Shown piece by piece: positions 52,201 to 61,996 of a stretch of 64,000 nucleotides of DNA. The notes below the pieces were generated by a model, which saw only the letters and a list, made by a program, of their open reading frames with translations, searched no databases and was not told the DNA's origin. The position numbers were made by a program, and so were the translations under genes. The DNA comes from an uncultured Gemmataceae bacterium (GTDB lineage Bacteria > Planctomycetota > Planctomycetia > Gemmatales > Gemmataceae). Each line of letters begins with the position of its first letter. Positions within the stretch are counted from its first letter, which is position 1. Location: positions 1,184,001 through 1,248,000 of the forward strand of contig CAVVPN010000011.1 of the NCBI GenBank assembly GCA_963750165.1, read 5' to 3'.

Positions 52201-54159
52201 ACCCCGGTGGCGTTCGCCGTGGGCGACACCAACCAGGACGGCGTCGCCGACGTGGTGCTGGCCAACAGCGGCTCGAACGACCTGGAAATCCTGCCGGGCA
52301 CCAACCTCGGCTTCTTCCAGACGCCGACCGACAACGCCTTCATCAACAACACCTATGAGTTCCTGTTCCACCGCGGCGTGGACCCCGCCGGCCTGACGAT
52401 GATGATGACACAGCTGGCGGCCAACGAGCAGTCGCGGTTGAGCGGGCCGAACGGCACGGCGACGGTGCCGCTGGCGATCACGGACGTGGACCCGACCACG
52501 CACCTGACGTTCCAGTTGACGTTCGCGCCGCAGACGCTGGACGGCGCCTACACGCTGACGATCGGGCCCAACGCCCTGGGCAACCAGATCAAGGACTTCG
52601 TGGACCTGAACGGCACCTACGCGAACATCGGCAACGCCATGAACCAGAACAGCAACTTGGTCAACGGCGAGTATCCGGGCGACCGCTACACGGCCAACTT
52701 CGCGGTGAACACCAGCGACGACGGCGAGTTCGTCAGCGGTCTGTATCACGACCTGCTCGGCACTGCTCCGGTCGGCCGCCAGGCGGACACGAACGGGTTC
52801 CTGAGCTTCCTGGCGCCGGTGGACGCTGCCCGCCAGCAGGCGATCAACCTGATTGCCCCCAACTACGCGACCGCGGCCGAGACGCGCACGAACGAGGTGA
52901 TCGCCCTGTTCGTGAAGTACCTGCGGCTGACGACGCCGCCGACCAGCGCCCAGGTGCAGCCGTACGTCACCTTGTTGCAACAGGGGACGCTGACGCAGGA
53001 AGTGATCGTGGCCATCCTGCTGGCCTCGCCGACGTACTACCAGAGCCCGACGCTGGGCAACAGCAACAACGCCACCTGGCTCAACCAGGTGTACATGGAC
53101 CTGTTCGGCTACGGCACCGCCGGTCAGGCCGGCGCCGCGGCCCAGCTGGCGCAGCTCAACACCGCGTCGGGGAGCCAGGTCCAGTCGGTGCGGCAGCAGA
53201 TTGCCAGCACCCTGACGTTCAGCACCGCGGCGCTGCGGCGGTTCATCGACAACTACTACGAGGCACTGCTGGGCCGGGCGCCGCAGGAGACGCTGCTGGT
53301 GAACGACTACGCCACCTGGCTGCCGGTGCTGCAAAAGACGTCGTTCAAGGCCGGCACGGAGAGCCCGGATGAGCAGCTCATCACGGCCCTGGTGACGTCG
53401 CAGGAGTACTTCGAGCGCGTGGGCAACAACAACCGTGCCTGGCTGACGAGCCTGTTCACGAAGGTGGTGGGCCGGGCGACGGAAAACCCGAACGGGCCGG
53501 AGGTGACGCAGGCGCTGGAGGGCATCCACACCAGCACCCAGAACGTGCCGGGCCTGCTCGACATGTACGAGACGGCGCGGCAAACGGACGTGACGATCAT
53601 CACCGCCAGCCAGGAGCACCAGGCGCGGGTGATCGGCAGTTACTACCAGACCTACCTGGGCCGGGCCATCACCGCGACGGAGACGACGCTCTGGCTCAAC
53701 AACTTCAAGGCGGGGGTCACGGACCAGCAAGCGCTGGCGGTCATCTTCAGTTCGTCGGAGTTCTACCCGACCTCGGGCTCGGGCAGCTCCAACTCGGGCT
53801 GGCTGAACCAGGTGTACGAGGACGTGCTCGGCCGCACGACCAGCGGCGACCCGGGGGCGACGACGCTGCTGAACCAGCTGAACGCCAGCCTGCCGGCCAA
53901 CCCCACGGCAACCCAGGTGCAGCAGGCACGGTATACGACGGCGCTGACCATCCTGTCTGGCACCGAGTACCGCCTCGACCTGATCTCAACGTTCTTCAAC
54001 ACCCACCTGGGCCGGAGCAAGCCGATTCCGGCGAACTCGAGCGACCCGGAGTTGACGCCGTGGGTGAATATGCTGGCCGCGGGCATGACGCAGGAACAGG
54101 TGCTGAACCTCATGCTGAGCGGTAGCGAGTACTTCCTGCTGCCGCACACCTTCCCGTGA
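43257..54159 (+). CDS. Giant surface protein, ~3,630 aa after repairing a frameshift near 46836: LEPR-XLL-type leader, Ig-like, FG-GAP/VCBS repeats, BNR/Asp-box propeller, DUF4214-like repeats
   Basis: Leader RRYCLEMETLEARITP; GDFNxDGxxDL repeats; KSTDGG/RSTDGG/KTTNGG Asp-boxes; SQEYF..., YQDLF.R repeats. The frame switch restores NGGFE...GNLVGWTSYN. Confidence 0.85.
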
Positions 54160-54181
54160 GCGCGGCCCGGACTCCGCTTCT

Positions 54182-54215
54182 TTCGTGGGGCAGACAGGAA
54201 TGTCTGCCCCACGAA
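54182..54215. repeat. REP-like hairpin
   Basis: TTCGTGGGGCAGACA-ggaa-TGTCTGCCCCACGAA. Confidence 0.75.
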
Positions 54216-54337
54216 GGAAACGCGCCAAGCCGCAAGCGGCGGAAAAGACATTCCATCAATTTTCACTTGCCACGGCCCGGGAGCGCTGATGGAATACCCC
54301 CTATCGCTACCGATCATCTGTCCCAGGAATCGCGTTC

Positions 54338-55243
54338 ATGGCCGCTATCGAATTCAACTGCCCCGCCTGTCAGGCAACCCTCCGCCTTGGCAACCCCGCT
54401 CTGGCCGGCAAGAAAATCAAGTGCCCGAAGTGCGGCGCCGTCGTCACGGTGCCGGCGCCGGCCGAGCCCGAACTGCCGATGATGGAGCTGGCGGAGCCGG
54501 AAATGCTGGAGCCCGAACCCGTACCGGCGGCGATCCGCCCGGCTGGCCGGCGGCCACCGGCCCCCGCGGACGAGGACGAAGCGCCGCCGAGCCGCGGGCC
54601 CCGTCGGGGCGAGGAGGACGACGAGGACGCCCCGCGGCCGCGCCGCCGCCGGCAGCAACAGCAGGTGTCCCAGGCCCCGTCGCGCAACGCGCTCATCATC
54701 GGTGGCATCGTCCTGGCCGTCTCTCTCTGCGGCGGCTGCGTCGGCGTCGTGTGGTGGGCGATTAGCGCGGCGTCCAACGCGGCGAACGACCTTGCCAAGG
54801 ATATGCGGAAGGACGTAAGAAAAGACAAGGACAAGGAGTTCGTACCAAAGCAGCAAGATGGCCAGCCGAAGGACAAGGACTTCATCTACGACGTGGGGCC
54901 TGCCGGGGTAAATATCATGGACCGCCTGGCGGTCACTGACTCTCGGGACGTGCGGGGCGGCGCGGACAAGTGTTATTGCAAAGTCTATCGGGTCCGGATG
55001 TCCCGCGGGAAAAGCTACACCATCCGCATGAACGCCCCCCCAGGGAAGATGCTGGACCCCTACCTGCGGCTGGAGAACGCCGCGCTTCAGACCCTGGCCG
55101 AAAACGACGACGCCCCCGGCGAGCAAACGCTCAACTCCCGGATTGATTTCTTCTGCCCCAGTGACGGGGTACATCGGATCATCGCCACCTCGCTGCAAGA
55201 CAACCAAACGGGCCCGTTCACGCTCAGCATTACGGCCAGGTGA
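54338..55243 (+). CDS. Membrane protein with N-terminal zinc ribbon and C-terminal PPC-like domain
   Basis: CPAC...CPKC, low-complexity linker, TM, LDPYLRLEN...AENDD...NSRI...GPFTLSI. Confidence 0.8.
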   Translation: MAAIEFNCPACQATLRLGNPALAGKKIKCPKCGAVVTVPAPAEPELPMMELAEPEMLEPEPVPAAIRPAGRRPPAPADEDEAPPSRGPRRGEEDDEDAPRPRRRRQQQQVSQAPSRNALIIGGIVLAVSLCGGCVGVVWWAISAASNAANDLAKDMRKDVRKDKDKEFVPKQQDGQPKDKDFIYDVGPAGVNIMDRLAVTDSRDVRGGADKCYCKVYRVRMSRGKSYTIRMNAPPGKMLDPYLRLENAALQTLAENDDAPGEQTLNSRIDFFCPSDGVHRIIATSLQDNQTGPFTLSITAR

Positions 55244-55256
55244 GCGACACCCTCGG

Positions 55257-57089
55257 TCATTTCCCGGCCGCCGCGTGGTGCGGCTGGTGGTGCGCGCCGC
55301 CGTCGTGGCGGTCCACGGCCGGGCCGGTGGTGTGCGTCAGGTTGACCGCCGTGTTCACCAGGCCGACGTGCGAGAACGCCTGCGGGAAGTTGCCCACCAG
55401 CCGCTTCGCCTTCGGGTCGTACTCCTCTGACAGCAGCCCCACGTCGTTGCGCAGCGCCAGCAGTTGCTCGAAGCGCTGCTTCGCCTCGTCGGTGCGGCCC
55501 AGCAGGACCAGGTTGTCCACCAGCCAGAAACTGCACGCCAGGAACGCCCCCTCGCCCGGCGGCAGGCCGTCCACCCCGGTCGTCGTCGGGTAGCGCTGCA
55601 CGAAGCCGTCCTTGAGCAGGTCGTGCTCGATGGCCGCCACCGTGCCCGCCACGCGCGGGTCCGTCGCCGGCAGGAACCCCACCAGGGGAATCATCAGCAG
55701 GCTCGCGTCCGCCACCTTGGCCCCGTAGTACTGCACGAAGGTGTTGTGCCGGGCGTCAAACCCCTTCGCACAGACCTCGGCGTGAATGTCTGCGCGCGTC
55801 TGTCGCCAGCGATCCACCGGCCCGTCCAGGTCGAATTGCTCGGCACTCTTGATTAAGCGGTCGAAGGCCACCCAGGCCATGACCTTCGAGTGGGTGAAGT
55901 GCTGCCGGGGACCGCGCACCTCCCAGATGCCCTCGTCCGGCTGTTTCCAGGCAGTCTCCAGGTACTTCGCCAGGACGCCCTGCACCCGCCAGGCATCTTC
56001 CTGACCGTGGAGCCCCTTCCGCCGTGCCAGGTAGGCCGCGTCCATCATTTCGCCGAACACGTCCAGCTGAAATTGCTTGTAAGCCGCGTTGCCGATGCGC
56101 ACCGGTCTGGCGCCCTCGTAGCCCGGCAGCCAGTCCAGTTCGATCTCGGTCAACCGCCGCTCGCCAGCGATGCCGTACATGATGTTCAGCGCCTCCGGCT
56201 GCCCCGCCACCGCCCGCAGCAGCCACTCGCGCCAGGCCCGGGCCTCGTCCAGGTAGCCGCCGCCCATCAGCGCGTACAGCGTGAAGGTGGCGTCGCGCAC
56301 CCAGCAGAAACGGTAGTCCCAGTTGCGCACGCCACCGAGTTGCTCCGGCAGGGAGGTCGTCGCCGCCGCCACCATGCCGCCCGTCGGCGCGTAGGTCAGC
56401 GCCTTGAGCGTAATCAGCGACCGCAGCACCGCCTCGCGGTACGCCCCCTGATACTGACAGCGCTGCGACCACTCGCGCCACCAGTCCGCCGTCTTGCGAA
56501 CGGTCTCGGCGGGGTTCTTCAGGGGCGACGGCGGCGCCTCGTGGGACGGGTGCCAGCGCAGCACGAACGGCACCTCCTGGCCGGCGCTCACGGTGAACTC
56601 CGCCACCGTTGTGAAGTCCTGGCCGCGCAGCTCCACCGGTGTGTCCAGCAGCAGCGAATTGGGGCCGGCGATGGCGCGGATGCCGTGCTCCCGCCGGCGC
56701 ACCCAGGGTACGATGGAGCCGTAGTCGAAGCGGACGATCAGCTCCATGCGCATGGGCACCTGTCCGTGGCGACCGATCACCTGTCGCACCAGGTACGGTT
56801 CCCGGCTGCGCGGCGGCATGCAATCGACCAGCGTCACGGCTCCGTCGGCGGTCTCGAAGTCGGTCTCCAGCACGAGCGTGCCCTCGGTGTAGCGGCGGCG
56901 GACGGCACGCACCTCACCTCGCGGCGCCAGCAGCCAGCGGCCGTGCTGCGGTTCGCCGAGCAGGGCCGCGAAGCAGGCGCTGGAGTCGAAGCGCGGCAGA
57001 CACAGCCAGTCGATGGAGCCCTCCCGGCTCACCAGGGCCGCGGTATGGCAGTCACCGATCAGGGCGTAGTCCTCGATGCGCGCAGGCAT
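55257..57089 (-). CDS. Glycoside hydrolase family 15 (trehalase/glucoamylase-like)
   Basis: IEDYALIGD, TTSLPE..GGVRNWDYRFCWVRD, QLDVFGE, DEGIWEVRG, GLLSEE, GNFPQAFSH. Confidence 0.95.
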   Translation of the reverse strand: MPARIEDYALIGDCHTAALVSREGSIDWLCLPRFDSSACFAALLGEPQHGRWLLAPRGEVRAVRRRYTEGTLVLETDFETADGAVTLVDCMPPRSREPYLVRQVIGRHGQVPMRMELIVRFDYGSIVPWVRRREHGIRAIAGPNSLLLDTPVELRGQDFTTVAEFTVSAGQEVPFVLRWHPSHEAPPSPLKNPAETVRKTADWWREWSQRCQYQGAYREAVLRSLITLKALTYAPTGGMVAAATTSLPEQLGGVRNWDYRFCWVRDATFTLYALMGGGYLDEARAWREWLLRAVAGQPEALNIMYGIAGERRLTEIELDWLPGYEGARPVRIGNAAYKQFQLDVFGEMMDAAYLARRKGLHGQEDAWRVQGVLAKYLETAWKQPDEGIWEVRGPRQHFTHSKVMAWVAFDRLIKSAEQFDLDGPVDRWRQTRADIHAEVCAKGFDARHNTFVQYYGAKVADASLLMIPLVGFLPATDPRVAGTVAAIEHDLLKDGFVQRYPTTTGVDGLPPGEGAFLACSFWLVDNLVLLGRTDEAKQRFEQLLALRNDVGLLSEEYDPKAKRLVGNFPQAFSHVGLVNTAVNLTHTTGPAVDRHDGGAHHQPHHAAAGK

Positions 57090-57139
57090 GGCAACCTCCA
57101 TGACTCAGTGGGCGATCTCGATTCGGTTCAAATACAGAA

Positions 57140-57154
57140 GCAGGTATCGTGCCA
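57140..57154 (-). promoter_or_regulatory. sigma54 (-24/-12) promoter upstream of GH15
   Basis: Minus strand TGGCACGATACCTGC = GG-N10-GC, about 50 nt before the start codon. Confidence 0.65.
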
Positions 57155-57161
57155 AATCGCG

Positions 57162-57716
57162 TCAGCCGTTGTCCAGATCCGCCAGCCGCCGCGCTGCCTT
57201 CAGGATCAGTACACAACTCGGTGCGTGCGTGATGCGCCCGTCCATGACCGCCGTCACCGCCTCCGCCAGCGTCATCGTCACGCGACGAATCTCCTCCGTG
57301 CCCTCGTGCCGCGTCTCGCCGAAGCGCAGGCCACGCGCCAGATACAGGTGCGTCGGCGACAGCAGCATCGACGTGAACGGATCGACGCAGCCCAGGTGCG
57401 TCCACTCCGCGGCCTCAATGCCCAGTTCCTCGCGAAGCTCGCGCTGGGCCGCGGCCAGCGGCGCCTCGTCGCCGTCACGGCCGCCGCTGGCCACCTCCAA
57501 CGACGGCCGGCCGATGGCGTAGCGAAACTCTTCCGTCAGGTGCGCGGTGCCCGCGTCGTCCACCGCCAGCACCGACACGCCGAACTGCACGCGAATCACC
57601 GTGTAAGTCCCTGGCTGGCCGTCGGGCCGAATCACGTCGTCCTGCGTCACCCGCACCCAGGGATCCTCGTGGATTTCGCGCGTCGCCCGGATTTTCCACG
57701 GGCCGTGTTCCTTCAT
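57162..57716 (-). CDS. NUDIX hydrolase (ADP-ribose pyrophosphatase-like)
   Basis: Nudix box GGRDGDEAPLAAAQRELREELG. Confidence 0.9.
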   Translation of the reverse strand: MKEHGPWKIRATREIHEDPWVRVTQDDVIRPDGQPGTYTVIRVQFGVSVLAVDDAGTAHLTEEFRYAIGRPSLEVASGGRDGDEAPLAAAQRELREELGIEAAEWTHLGCVDPFTSMLLSPTHLYLARGLRFGETRHEGTEEIRRVTMTLAEAVTAVMDGRITHAPSCVLILKAARRLADLDNG

Positions 57717-57937
57717 TGCTCCTCCCGCTCAGTTCAGAAAGCGCTGCCACTCCGCCGGGGCGGCTTCTCTCCTAGCGTATGCCTTCCGAGGTAAACAACA
57801 CCTGCCAACCTGGCTCCGAATCCAATTGCCGCGCCTTCCCCGGGCGGTTATTTTCGTGGTATGCACGATGTCACGCACATCCTGGACGCGCATGCTGCGC
57901 CTGCCCTGCGTGAACCGCTCGAAGGCGAGCGTCGCGG

Positions 57938-59286
57938 TCAGGGGAGGGGGCTCAAGAAGTCAACGACCAGATTGGCGCCGGCCTTCACGGGGATCGTGCG
58001 CGTTTGCTGCACGGGCTGGCCGTTCTCGGTCCAGCGGGCGCGAATCGAGTACGTGTAATTCGACCCCGCCTCGAGCGCCGGGGTGACGAACACCCGCTGC
58101 GTCCCCGTCTGCGTGGTCGGGCTGCCGTCGAAAAAGACATCGGCGTCCGCCGGCACCCGAACCGTGAGTTTGGCCGACCCCTTTTCCACCGGGGGCGGTT
58201 CCCCGTTGTCGGCCGGGGCCGCCGGGGCCTTCATGTCCTGCTCCTGGATGCGGACCAGCAGCCACTGCTGCGTGCGGTCCTTGCCGAAGTGGATGAGCAA
58301 CGGGCTCTCCTCCTTCGTGAGGTTATAAATGCCCGTGTCGTAGACGGTGTCCTTCTGGTCGCCGACGATCCAGCTGGCCCGCTGCGTTTTCTTGTCCACA
58401 GCGCCGCGCACGGGCAGGGTGGTGTTGGTGAAGACGTTGTAATAATTGCCGCGAATGATCCCGTCCTTGTTCACCGCCAGCTGGAAGACCGCGCTGGTGT
58501 CGGTCTGTTCGCCCTGGACCAGCGAAAAGACCCCGAGCGGTTGCCACTTCTCCTCCTTCGCGGGCGGCGGGGCGACGGGGGCGGACTGGGCCAGGTCGGC
58601 CGCTTGCTGGTAATACACGGCCGCCGTGGGGCCAGGCTGGTCATCGACGTACACCTGATCGCCCTGGTAGACGATGTTGGTGCCGTAATCGAAGTACACG
58701 GGCGCCGCCGACCAACCGAACCAGTTCGTGAGGGTGAACGGGGTCGCCCAGCCCCAGGCGTTCGCGGCGGTCCAACCGAAGGGCCGCCACGCCCCCGGAT
58801 GGGCGCCCCACCAGCCCGCGTTAAAGGCCCCGTACTGATAGTATCCGCCCCGCACGGCTGCCCCCGCGCCGCCAGCACGGCGGGGGAATAGGCCCTGGTA
58901 AGATTGCCGGCCGCCACGTAACTGCGCGGCCCTCCCACACCAGCGACACGGCCGAAGCCGAAGTCGGTCGCCACGCTGGCGCCCCCGGCACGGTAGCCGC
59001 CCACGGCGGGAGCACGGTAGCCGCCCACGGCGGGAGCACGGTAGCCGCCCACGGCGGGGGCACGGTAGCCGCCCACGGCGGGGGCACGGTAGCCGCCCAC
59101 GGCGGGGGCACGGTAGCCGCCCACGGCGCCCGCGTGGACGCCGCCGACCTCGACGCCGCGGACACCACCGGCGGAAACACCGCCCGCGCGAAAACCACCC
59201 CCGCCGCGCCCGAAGGCAAAGGCGGGACCGGCGCTAACGAACAGGAACGCGACGGCGAACAGAACCCGGGCCTGACTGTGTTTCAT
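57938..59286 (-). CDS. Secreted Gly-rich protein with planctomycete protocadherin-like region and C-terminal TIGR03000 domain (frameshift near 58862)
   Basis: Signal MKHSQARVLFAVAFLFVSAGPAFA; GGYRAPAV repeats; YFDYGTNIVYQGD, WQPLGVFSL, QLAVNKDG; LTVRVPADADVFFDG..TTQTG..R.F.TPAL. Confidence 0.8.
58988..59128. repeat. 24-bp tandem repeat, ~5.9 copies (in frame, encodes AVGGYRAP)
   Basis: Unit GCACGGTAGCCGCCCACGGCGGG(A/G) read directly. Confidence 0.9.
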
Positions 59287-59321
59287 GGAAATCTCCTTCG
59301 CTGAATTGGTGTTCCCGTGGT

Positions 59322-60287
59322 TTACTTCTTGGTCTTCACCCGAGTCGCCTTGATGAGCGCCGTGTCCGGCAGACGGACCTGGTTCACGCTGCGCTGCACC
59401 GACTGCCAGTTGAAGTTGTCGTGGTCCAGGGGGGTCAGGACGTTGACGGTCTCGGCTTCCGCGCCGTCGCGCGCGATGGCGTTGGCCTCCAGCACCCAGC
59501 GCTTGCCGTCTCGGGTCCACAATTCCGAACCGAAGCCGCCGTCCGAGTCGAACACCCACGAGCGAATCTTGCCGGCCACGGGATCCCAGCCGATGATCTG
59601 TATCCCCGTCTTGGTGGCGCCGTCCGCCGCCGTCAGGGTGTACTTGCGGATCAGGAAGTTGCGCTTCGCCGTCCACTCGCACACCAGTTCCAGCGTTTTG
59701 CCGTCGTGCTTGGCCGTCCAGGTGCCGACCAGCCACTCCAGGTCGCGCAGCCGGTCGTAGTTCGAGGCGGAGACGTACGGCGCCTCGCGCACACTGGCCA
59801 TCAGCCATTTGCCGTCGCGTTTGGTGTGGACAATGTTGTAGGCGGCGCTGTTGGAGGATCCGTCGGCGCGCGTCAGGCGCGTGGAGCCGGCCTCCAGGGC
59901 GACGGCGGGGCTGATGAACCGCAAGGTGTCCGTGTTGACTTCGAGTTTCACCCCTTTCTCCTGGGTGAAGAAGGTGGCGAACTCCTTCTCAATGATCTTC
60001 CGGCCCCGGAAGGACTTCCCCTCTGCGTCCACGAACTCGCCGTCCGGCGCCCAGAAGGCGGCCAGCGCCCTGGCGTCGCCAGCGTTGAACGCCTTCACGT
60101 AGGCTGCCTGGAATTGCCGCAGCGCCTTTTCATCGTCCGCGGTCGCCGGGGCCTTCACCGTCGGGGCCTGTCCAATGCGCTCGTCTGCCGCGGTGGTGCC
60201 CGCGGTCCGAACGGCCAGGTAACCTCCGGCGCCCGTCGCGACCAGGGCCGCGACCAGGAATAAAACCCTGTGCCAGTGTGTCCGCAT
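59322..60287 (-). CDS. SgcJ/EcaC-like (SnoaL/NTF2 fold, DUF4440) secreted protein
   Basis: YVKAFNAGDARALAAFWAPDGEF, RGRKIIE, LEWLVGTW, IIGWDP...IRSWVFDSDGGF. Confidence 0.85.
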   Translation of the reverse strand: MRTHWHRVLFLVAALVATGAGGYLAVRTAGTTAADERIGQAPTVKAPATADDEKALRQFQAAYVKAFNAGDARALAAFWAPDGEFVDAEGKSFRGRKIIEKEFATFFTQEKGVKLEVNTDTLRFISPAVALEAGSTRLTRADGSSNSAAYNIVHTKRDGKWLMASVREAPYVSASNYDRLRDLEWLVGTWTAKHDGKTLELVCEWTAKRNFLIRKYTLTAADGATKTGIQIIGWDPVAGKIRSWVFDSDGGFGSELWTRDGKRWVLEANAIARDGAEAETVNVLTPLDHDNFNWQSVQRSVNQVRLPDTALIKATRVKTKK

Positions 60288-60751
60288 GATGTTGACTCCC
60301 TTGCCTGTGACGCGAATTGATCCACGCCCTACCAGGACGCTACATCCAGTTGAGGAAGACCGGGGGCATCCGGTTTTCCAGGAAGACGGCGACCGCGCGG
60401 CAGCCATTCGAGAAGCACGCATCCGGTCAGGTTGCGTCTCGGCGGCGTGCGCCCGGCTGACACGGAGGAGTAGCAGTAGTTGCCGAGCAAAAAGACTTGA
60501 CCGTCCGCCAGGAGGCCACGCTGGTCGTCTTGGTTTCGTCCCAGTGTGGGCCCAAGCTGTGCAGAATGGGGGCAAAGTCGCCGACCATTACCAGGTTGAG
60601 CAAATCGCCCTCTACCGTTTGTTTACGGTTCGTCGTGCTGCGCGGCAGCGCCGCGCGTCGCCGCCGCGTTGGTGGGAACCGGGCTTCCACAGGTCAGGGG
60701 GCGGCGCGGTAGGGTGGGGGAAAGATTCCTCAACAGGTGGGAAGGATGCCT

Positions 60752-60900
60752 ATGAAATCACCATTTCCCGGCATGGACCCTTACATCGAGGCGTGTGGCC
60801 TGTGGGAGGGGTTCCACAATCTCGACTACACCCGGCCGTTGTGCGCGAGCTGCTGAAGGACCGCGTTCCGCCTGCGGCCGGCAAGGGCCGTCCTCTGTAA
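60752..60900 (+). pseudogene. Collapsed DUF4058-family remnant
   Basis: MKSPFPGMDPYIEACGLWEGFHN (DUF4058-like N-terminus) joined directly to LDYTRPL and, in another frame, VRELLK...stop (C-terminal-like pieces). Confidence 0.65.
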
Positions 60901-61057
60901 CGTTCCCATTCGTCAACGCGGTTAGCGCCCCGCGTTAAGGGCAACTGACAACCGCCCCCGCACCGTGCGCCGCCCCCCGCCAGTTCCGTTCCGCAAGTTG
61001 CTATAAACAAATCAAGTTATGTTTATTTGCTGGAAATGATCGCCGGGATGGAACCGG

Positions 61058-61072
61058 CGGCACGGCTCTTGC
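61058..61072 (+). promoter_or_regulatory. sigma54 (-24/-12) promoter of the PEP-CTERM gene
   Basis: CGGCACGGCTCTTGC = GG-N10-GC; AT-rich IHF-like stretch AAATCAAGTTATGTT at ~61009-61023. Confidence 0.65.
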
Positions 61073-61180
61073 GTCAAAGTTGTGTGTTTGGGTCTGACTG
61101 ACCGAGTTGTCCACCCTACCCGGAACGGCAGCCGCCCCCTGAGCGGTCAGGGACGCGGTACCACAGAGAAGGTGCGATCC

Positions 61181-61813
61181 ATGAAGCGACTCCTCACGGC
61201 GTCCGCCGTGCTGGCGCTGCTATTTGCAGCGACAGCGCCGGCGCGAGCCGGCATCATTTTCAGCGACTTCGGCTCCGGCCAGAGCTGCAGTAACGTCTCC
61301 TACAACGTCTCCAGCACCAGCGTGATGGCCCAGTCGTTCACCCCGAACGCCGATTACACGTTGACCTCGCTGTCCCTGGCGCTGTGGCTCAACACCGGGC
61401 CGGACAGCGCGATCGTGAGTTTGTGCGCCGACAACGCAGGCGTCCCGGGGTCGATCCTGGAGAGCTTCATCGCCACCAGCCTGACGGCGACCTCGGCGGT
61501 GTACACCTTCATGGAGACGCCGGGCGTGCAGCTGCACCAGGGGACGCAGTACTGGGTCGTGGTCGGCGGCCCTGGCATGTCGTCGAGCACGGTCGTCGCC
61601 TGGAACGAGAACGTGACCAGCACTCGCGGCTTTACGAGCAGCATGAATGGCGGCACGACCTGGAACGCATTCGGCACGCCGTTGTCGGCAGCATTCGAGG
61701 TCGATGGCCAACTCGTGAGTCCCACGCCGGAGCCTACCAGCCTCGGTCTGCTGGCCGTCGGTGCCGCGGGCATGCTGGGCTACGGCTGGAAACGGCGCCG
61801 CCGCGGCGCGTGA
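61181..61813 (+). CDS. PEP-CTERM sorting-domain protein (choice-of-anchor R-like N-domain)
   Basis: Signal peptide ending ARAG; AQSFTP, LTSLSLAL, QYWVVV; C-terminal TPEPTSLGLLAVGAAGMLGYGWKRRRR. Confidence 0.92.
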   Translation: MKRLLTASAVLALLFAATAPARAGIIFSDFGSGQSCSNVSYNVSSTSVMAQSFTPNADYTLTSLSLALWLNTGPDSAIVSLCADNAGVPGSILESFIATSLTATSAVYTFMETPGVQLHQGTQYWVVVGGPGMSSSTVVAWNENVTSTRGFTSSMNGGTTWNAFGTPLSAAFEVDGQLVSPTPEPTSLGLLAVGAAGMLGYGWKRRRRGA

Positions 61814-61821
61814 ACGCCGTG

Positions 61822-61888
61822 TTTTCGTAGTGCGGGCGGCCCGCCTGCGCGGGGAGTGTGTGCAGACGGGCCGCCCGCACTACGAAAA
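61822..61888. repeat. GTAG-type REP-like inverted repeat / terminator
   Basis: TTTTCGTAGTGCGGGCGGCCCG ... CGGGCCGCCCGCACTACGAAAA. Confidence 0.75.
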
Positions 61889-61996
61889 AGCGATAACGCA
61901 CAGGCGCATCCTTTTATGAGCTTGACACGGATTGTTGGGACGGTATGGTGCAGCCCTTCCCAACAACCGAAGTCCGCGAAGCAAAAGGAGCAGACC

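Noticed and set aside
43005..53730. Antisense ORFs of 1279, 557 and 1433 aa opposite the second giant gene
   Set aside because: Same shadow-ORF effect; the plus strand carries all recognisable motifs
58988..59128. Possible CRISPR array
   Set aside because: Units are directly adjacent with no spacers, are in frame within a CDS, and no cas genes are present
60290..60750. ORFs of 71-204 aa in the intergenic region
   Set aside because: No codon bias, RBS or motif; treated as non-coding apart from the DUF4058 remnant
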